DNA of 64,000 bases from Amoebidium appalachense. Lineage: Eukaryota > Protista > Ichthyosporea. Made by a program: the position numbers and the translations under genes. How positions within the stretch are numbered: position 1 is the stretch's first letter; each line of letters begins with the position of its first letter. The notes under the pieces were generated by a model. That model ran no database searches. It was not told the origin of the DNA and saw only the letters and a program-made list of their open reading frames with translations. Shown here one piece after another: positions 59,251 to 64,000 of the stretch. The DNA lies in the NCBI GenBank assembly GCA_963693365.1, contig CAVNZM010000004.1:8832468-8896467 (forward strand), given 5' to 3'.

Positions 59251-59456
59251 TATGGCTGGGGGGAGGTGCGTGTGGGTGGGTGGGTGGGGGTGGGGGGGGT
59301 GGGGGGGGAAGGGGGGGAGGGGGGAAGGAAGAGGGGGGGACTGGTTGCTTCAAGTTGGGAGGTTTTTTTTTGGATATGAAAGGTGCGTGTGTGGGTGGGT
59401 GGGTACGTGCGTGCGTGTGTGCGTGTACGTATGCGTGCGGGGGGAGGTTGTTTTTT

Positions 59457-59514
<58 letters not shown>

Positions 59515-59860
59515 TGGTACTTTGATGTACGGCCTTTTTTTTTTTTTTTTTTTCCAGTTTATTTGTTGGCGAAATGAATTCTTTTGGGGGGCTGCCCATT
59601 TGTTCGGTAATGCATAATATGTTTACTATATTTATATACTATTTATTTTTATATGTCGAGTTGGATATAACATGTACACACGGTCGAGGAAGTGGAAAAT
59701 GAATGGGAGAAGGGAGGAAGGGGGGAGGGGGGAGGGGGGGGGGGGGGGGGGGGGGGCTGGCGGAGGAGAAGGGAAAAGGGGGGTGAACCGGTGAGTGGGT
59801 GGGTGGGTAAGAAAATACGTTTTTTTTTGGTGCGGGGGGGATGGAAATTAAACGTGTCAC

Positions 59861-59931
<71 letters not shown>

Positions 59932-60231
59932 CAAACAAACGTGTTTGTGTGTGTGTCTGTATGTGTGTACGTGTACGTGTTTGTGGGTGTGAGTGGAGGG
60001 GGAGGAGGGGGGAGGGGGGTAGGGTACCGCAACAGGTACCGTAAACGTCTACATATCCTCACAAACACTTTATGGATAACTTGATACTGCTTTTTTTATC
60101 ACTGTAAAATAATCAATAACAGACTTTAAATTTAATAATTTTTTCAAACAAAAGATTAAAAAAAGGGTTCCATATTCATGCAAATCATTATCTGCCGACC
60201 AATAGGATGTGTTCTATATTTTGAATCTAAA

Positions 60232-60555
60232 GGATCCCTCAAAACTCGTACTACAAACTTTAAGGGGGTGTGTATGCCTGTAACAAGACTTTGACCAAAA
60301 TTCCCAATAATTGGGTCCAGGCTGCGAGAAATTCCGTTACACACATAGGTGTGCGACCATGTATGCATATAGGATGTCAGATGCGGAGAAAAGGTAACAA
60401 TCGGCCACGGGTCTATGGTTTTATCACAGGGAGGCTTCAAATTCCGAAGGTAACGTTACACACATAGATTTCTGGGGCTTCGAATTCCGGGAGGAGAGAT
60501 GGAATTGCGCTAGTACACACATTTACCCCCCAACATATGAAGTTTTGAGGGATCC
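60232..60555. mobile_element. MITE-like element with a perfect 15-bp inverted repeat
   Basis: GGATCCCTCAAAACT at 60232 and AGTTTTGAGGGATCC at 60541-60555, with weaker internal symmetry (GGGGGTGTGT / ACACATTTACCCCC). No TSD identified. Confidence 0.45.
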
Positions 60556-61824
60556 CTCCATGCTTCATCATTGGCCCATCTATTCCTTGGAATGCAAAAT
60601 AATTAGATCAGCCTTGAGCTTTAAATAACACGAAGAAAATGCAGGATTGACGTTCGCATCTTTATTATATTTTCGTTAATCATCATTCAGGCTCTGAAAA
60701 TAGCTCCAAAGTATTTATTTATTAAAAAAAAAAAAAAAAAAAAAAAAAGTCCACATCCAAATAAACCATCCCCGACCAAGAATAGTATGTGTCTGTTCTG
60801 ATTGGTAGATTTATTGGTTGGACCAGGCAAAAATAGATTGTGTGTTCTCATTGGTGCATCTATGTATGGCGATCGATTCGATGCACGTTGGGGAATTGCA
60901 CGATCGGTTAGCATGTTTACGGCGATCGCTGATTGCCAGTGGTGAGCGCAAGACGCCTGACTTTCCGCAAACCAGGGTGCGCTGTAAGTCTGGAAACCAA
61001 TCACAATCAGAGGAACCACTACATTCACCAAGGAATTACCGCGGCGTCATCCTTTGCGGCTCCCGCCAAATCTGACCACCCGCGAACCAAAGGCTTGGCA
61101 CGTGATCGGCGACTTATCAGGGCTGAGCCACCACACGATCACCAATGGTCGGGCCAGGTTTTTGTCTGGACTGAGTCTCACTCACTCACTCACTCACTCA
61201 CAAATCCCGGCTGGGGCTGTGGAATGAGAACTGCTAAGCTTCGCTTCTCCGTTGACAAGGCCTTTTAACGTAATTACTTGCGAGTGACTTTAATTTTAAC
61301 TAACTCGCGTCACAGTCACTGTGTATCTCGTGCACATCGTCGGCTAGAGGTACTTTCTGGCAGAATCAACCGCGTGCACCTGAAATCGGTAAAGGAGTCA
61401 ACTATATTTATAACGTTAATATTTATAACGTTAACAGTTACTACTATATTTTTGCTACTGACAGGCACTCAATAGTATTACTCAAGCGCTGTCACTACAA
61501 ACCGTTAGCGCCTTAAGATAACTTTGTAAGCGCCGCGACGGTCACGGTGTCATAAGACTTACTAACAGTGATTGGTTAAATAAAATTGAAAGTTTTCAAA
61601 ACACCAACCGTGCTACACCGTTGCACGTGCTAAGATGACCCAAGCCCCTAGGCACCCATCACAAACCGTTTACTAAAAACTTCTTCAAAGTTCCGCAAGT
61701 ATAAAGTTCTACTGAAGGGATACAAATTAGGCATATATTAGCCCCAAACAAAAAATCGTGGTGACTTCCACATCGTCTTTTCCAAAAATTACACATCAAA
61801 AAAATAAAAAAATTAACTCATCCT

Positions 61825-61860
<36 letters not shown>

Positions 61861-62069
61861 AGAAGAAGAACAAAAAAAGGGGAAAAAAAGGTTGTGCGGC
61901 TAATAAGTATAGCACACGAATACGATTTCTGATTCGACAACTCAAAAAAAAAAACTTTAAGGCTGTGTACATGTGCAGGTCGCATAGAGACTACAAAACT
62001 GAAAGCGGCGGGGATTTCCTATAATGGGAATTTGTCGTCCACAACAAAAAAAAACTTCACCTTGACCTT

Positions 62070-63554
62070 TCATGAAGGCGCCCTCTCACCCATACACCGT
62101 TTCAAGTACGCCACCTCCTCCCTTAACGCCACAACCTGGCCCTTAAGCGCCTCGTTTTCCGCCCTTAGCCTCCTATTGTCCTGCAACGTTTCGTGCTCCA
62201 TCTTCCTCCTCCTTTCGCGGTACTTTCTCGACGCTTCGTTATTCCTTCCCCTTCGATCGCCCGTCGGCTCCCCGGCCTCACTTTGAACCTCTTTTCCCTT
62301 TCCGTGCGAGCTCCCGTTCGCCTTGGAGGTTCTTGATGAATTTCGCATCTGAGCCACCGATCCGGGTGTGCCCATGTTCAAAATCCCCGACCCGTCTTGG
62401 GAATTATTCAATGAATTTACAACACCCCCTAGGTGCCCCTCATTGTGCGAAGACGTGGTTTCGGACGTGGCAGAGCTGTTACTGCGCGCACGTTGCACGT
62501 GATTACCCACACTCACTTTCGTCTCGAGATTATCACGTGACCCCCCAGGCGTGTGTCCGTCGTTCAAATCCATGGCGGTTGGGTGACCCTGGCCGCCGTG
62601 GTGATTTTGATCAGAGTCGGAAGGTTTGCTCGAACCCACGAAATTTGACGGGTGGCGGGCGGCGCCGTGCGCAAAACTATTGCCATTTTCGATCGGGTGG
62701 TGTGCGATTTCATTGGACGACGTCGAATGAAAAATGCTCGAATGGGAGTGGGACTTCCGAGGCGAAGGGGCGGGATGCCACTGAACACCGTGTGCGTCGT
62801 AATGGAAAGGCACCCCCTGAGACCCATGGTATACGCCGGCCGGGGGCGCGTGTCTGTGATTCGCGTAATCGGCAGCGAGATCGGGATGATCGTGATTTGG
62901 TCCAGGGGACCCGCTCGAGTAATTCCTATGTACTAAGGTACTGCTGGATGTGCCATGTCCCCGCATAGGCCCCGGGTGGTGCAGAACGCCGGCGCCGTAA
63001 AACTTTTTCGTTGGGTCAAGCATGGGGCTATCCACACTACTGCTATGGATCATATTAATGTTATTGGGATGCGCTTTCGACACCCCACGGTGATATGATT
63101 CCGGATTTCGGCAAACCGGCAAATCTTGTTCCGAATAGTGCATAGTTGCGTCGTCCGTGTAGCGATGGTGCCGATTAGTTATCATCGGCTGTGCGGCCAT
63201 AGGCACGCCAGTGTGTTCAAACACGCCCGGTTGGTACCCCGGGCCGCTGTGGAAATCACTTTTTGCACCTTGCGGCAATCTTTCACTGCTTGCACCGTGC
63301 ACGTGGTTACCCCACGCCGCGTGGTGTGAAACCCCGTCCATTGGTTGGTCGTTAACCCCTGGGTGATATCTGATGTGGCCACCGACATCCGTCATCATAT
63401 CCGAAGAAATTTTCCGTTCAGAGTGAAACATGCTCGCTTGCTGTTCGACTCGATAAGGAAAGCCGCCTGGGGGCGGCAGGGCTTCCGACATTTTCGAGTG
63501 TGGGGGTTCGTATGCTCGCGGGTGGTCGATGGGGCGAAGAACGAGGGCGCTCAT
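62070..63554 (-). CDS. bZIP transcription factor (C/EBP-PAR-like basic region) with a His/Ser/Gly-rich N-terminus, about 494 aa
   Basis: C-terminal RRGRNNEASRKYRERRRKMEHETLQDNRRLRAENEALKGQVVALREEVAYLK has the N-x7-R basic motif and heptad leucines. First plausible ATG is at 63554; an acceptor CAG near 63597 after a CA tract suggests an upstream exon. Confidence 0.9.
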   Translation of the reverse strand: MSALVLRPIDHPRAYEPPHSKMSEALPPPGGFPYRVEQQASMFHSERKISSDMMTDVGGHIRYHPGVNDQPMDGVSHHAAWGNHVHGASSERLPQGAKSDFHSGPGYQPGVFEHTGVPMAAQPMITNRHHRYTDDATMHYSEQDLPVCRNPESYHRGVSKAHPNNINMIHSSSVDSPMLDPTKKFYGAGVLHHPGPMRGHGTSSSTLVHRNYSSGSPGPNHDHPDLAADYANHRHAPPAGVYHGSQGVPFHYDAHGVQWHPAPSPRKSHSHSSIFHSTSSNEIAHHPIENGNSFAHGAARHPSNFVGSSKPSDSDQNHHGGQGHPTAMDLNDGHTPGGSRDNLETKVSVGNHVQRARSNSSATSETTSSHNEGHLGGVVNSLNNSQDGSGILNMGTPGSVAQMRNSSRTSKANGSSHGKGKEVQSEAGEPTGDRRGRNNEASRKYRERRRKMEHETLQDNRRLRAENEALKGQVVALREEVAYLKRCMGERAPS

Positions 63555-63598
63555 AGTTCGTTGGGTCAAGCTTGAAGGGCTAGTAGGAGTCACATCCT

Positions 63599-63653
<55 letters not shown>

Positions 63654-64000
63654 TGTGCGCGCGCGTGCGTGCGTGTGTGTGGTGGTGATAGTCACGGCGC
63701 GAATCAGGAATGGCTTGAAATATATGACGGGGGTTATGTGGTGTGTGCGCTGTGGTGTTATGTGTGACACAGTGTGTCTTCTGAGAGGTGACAGGAAGGG
63801 CAGGGCGGGGGGAGAGGGATGAGGGGGAGGGGGGATAAATCAGGCGAAGGTTAGCTTAACTACCCGTATACCCGGGACCTGCACAATACGGCATATCATA
63901 ATAATGATGATTATTACTGATAACAGCTGACATCCAGGTCCCGGACACGCGACATATCACATTATGAATGAGTATGGTGCTGGGTTATCACATTGCCGAA

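Overview
Eukaryotic, intron-rich genomic DNA full of (CA)n, (CT)n and poly-C/poly-G tracts; most ORF-track entries are microsatellite translations. Gene content suggests a unicellular opisthokont such as an ichthyosporean or early-diverging fungus (inference only). Five protein genes can be built by hand from GT-AG splicing: a single-finger GATA factor (+, 4830-8501); a secreted Cys-hairpin/Gly-rich protein (-, 17183-18994); a 10-exon class-C-like GPCR with a bacterial-type sugar solute-binding ectodomain (+, 32102-39689); Mediator subunit MED8 with a long Gly/Gln-rich extension (+, 42521-56654); and a bZIP factor (-, 62070-63554). Mobile and repeat DNA includes the 3' end of a chromodomain-bearing Ty3/Gypsy element with its 3' LTR, a tRNA-derived SINE-like element, two MITE-like elements and a dispersed 370-bp repeat. 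Least explained: (i) a family of self-complementary, poly-C-flanked elements found only in introns and in host-sense orientation, amplified into a 2.5-kb higher-order array in a MED8 intron; (ii) an inverted duplication of the GATA 3' end with synonymous substitutions. Several CDS frameshifts lie in G/C homopolymers and are probably long-read assembly errors.
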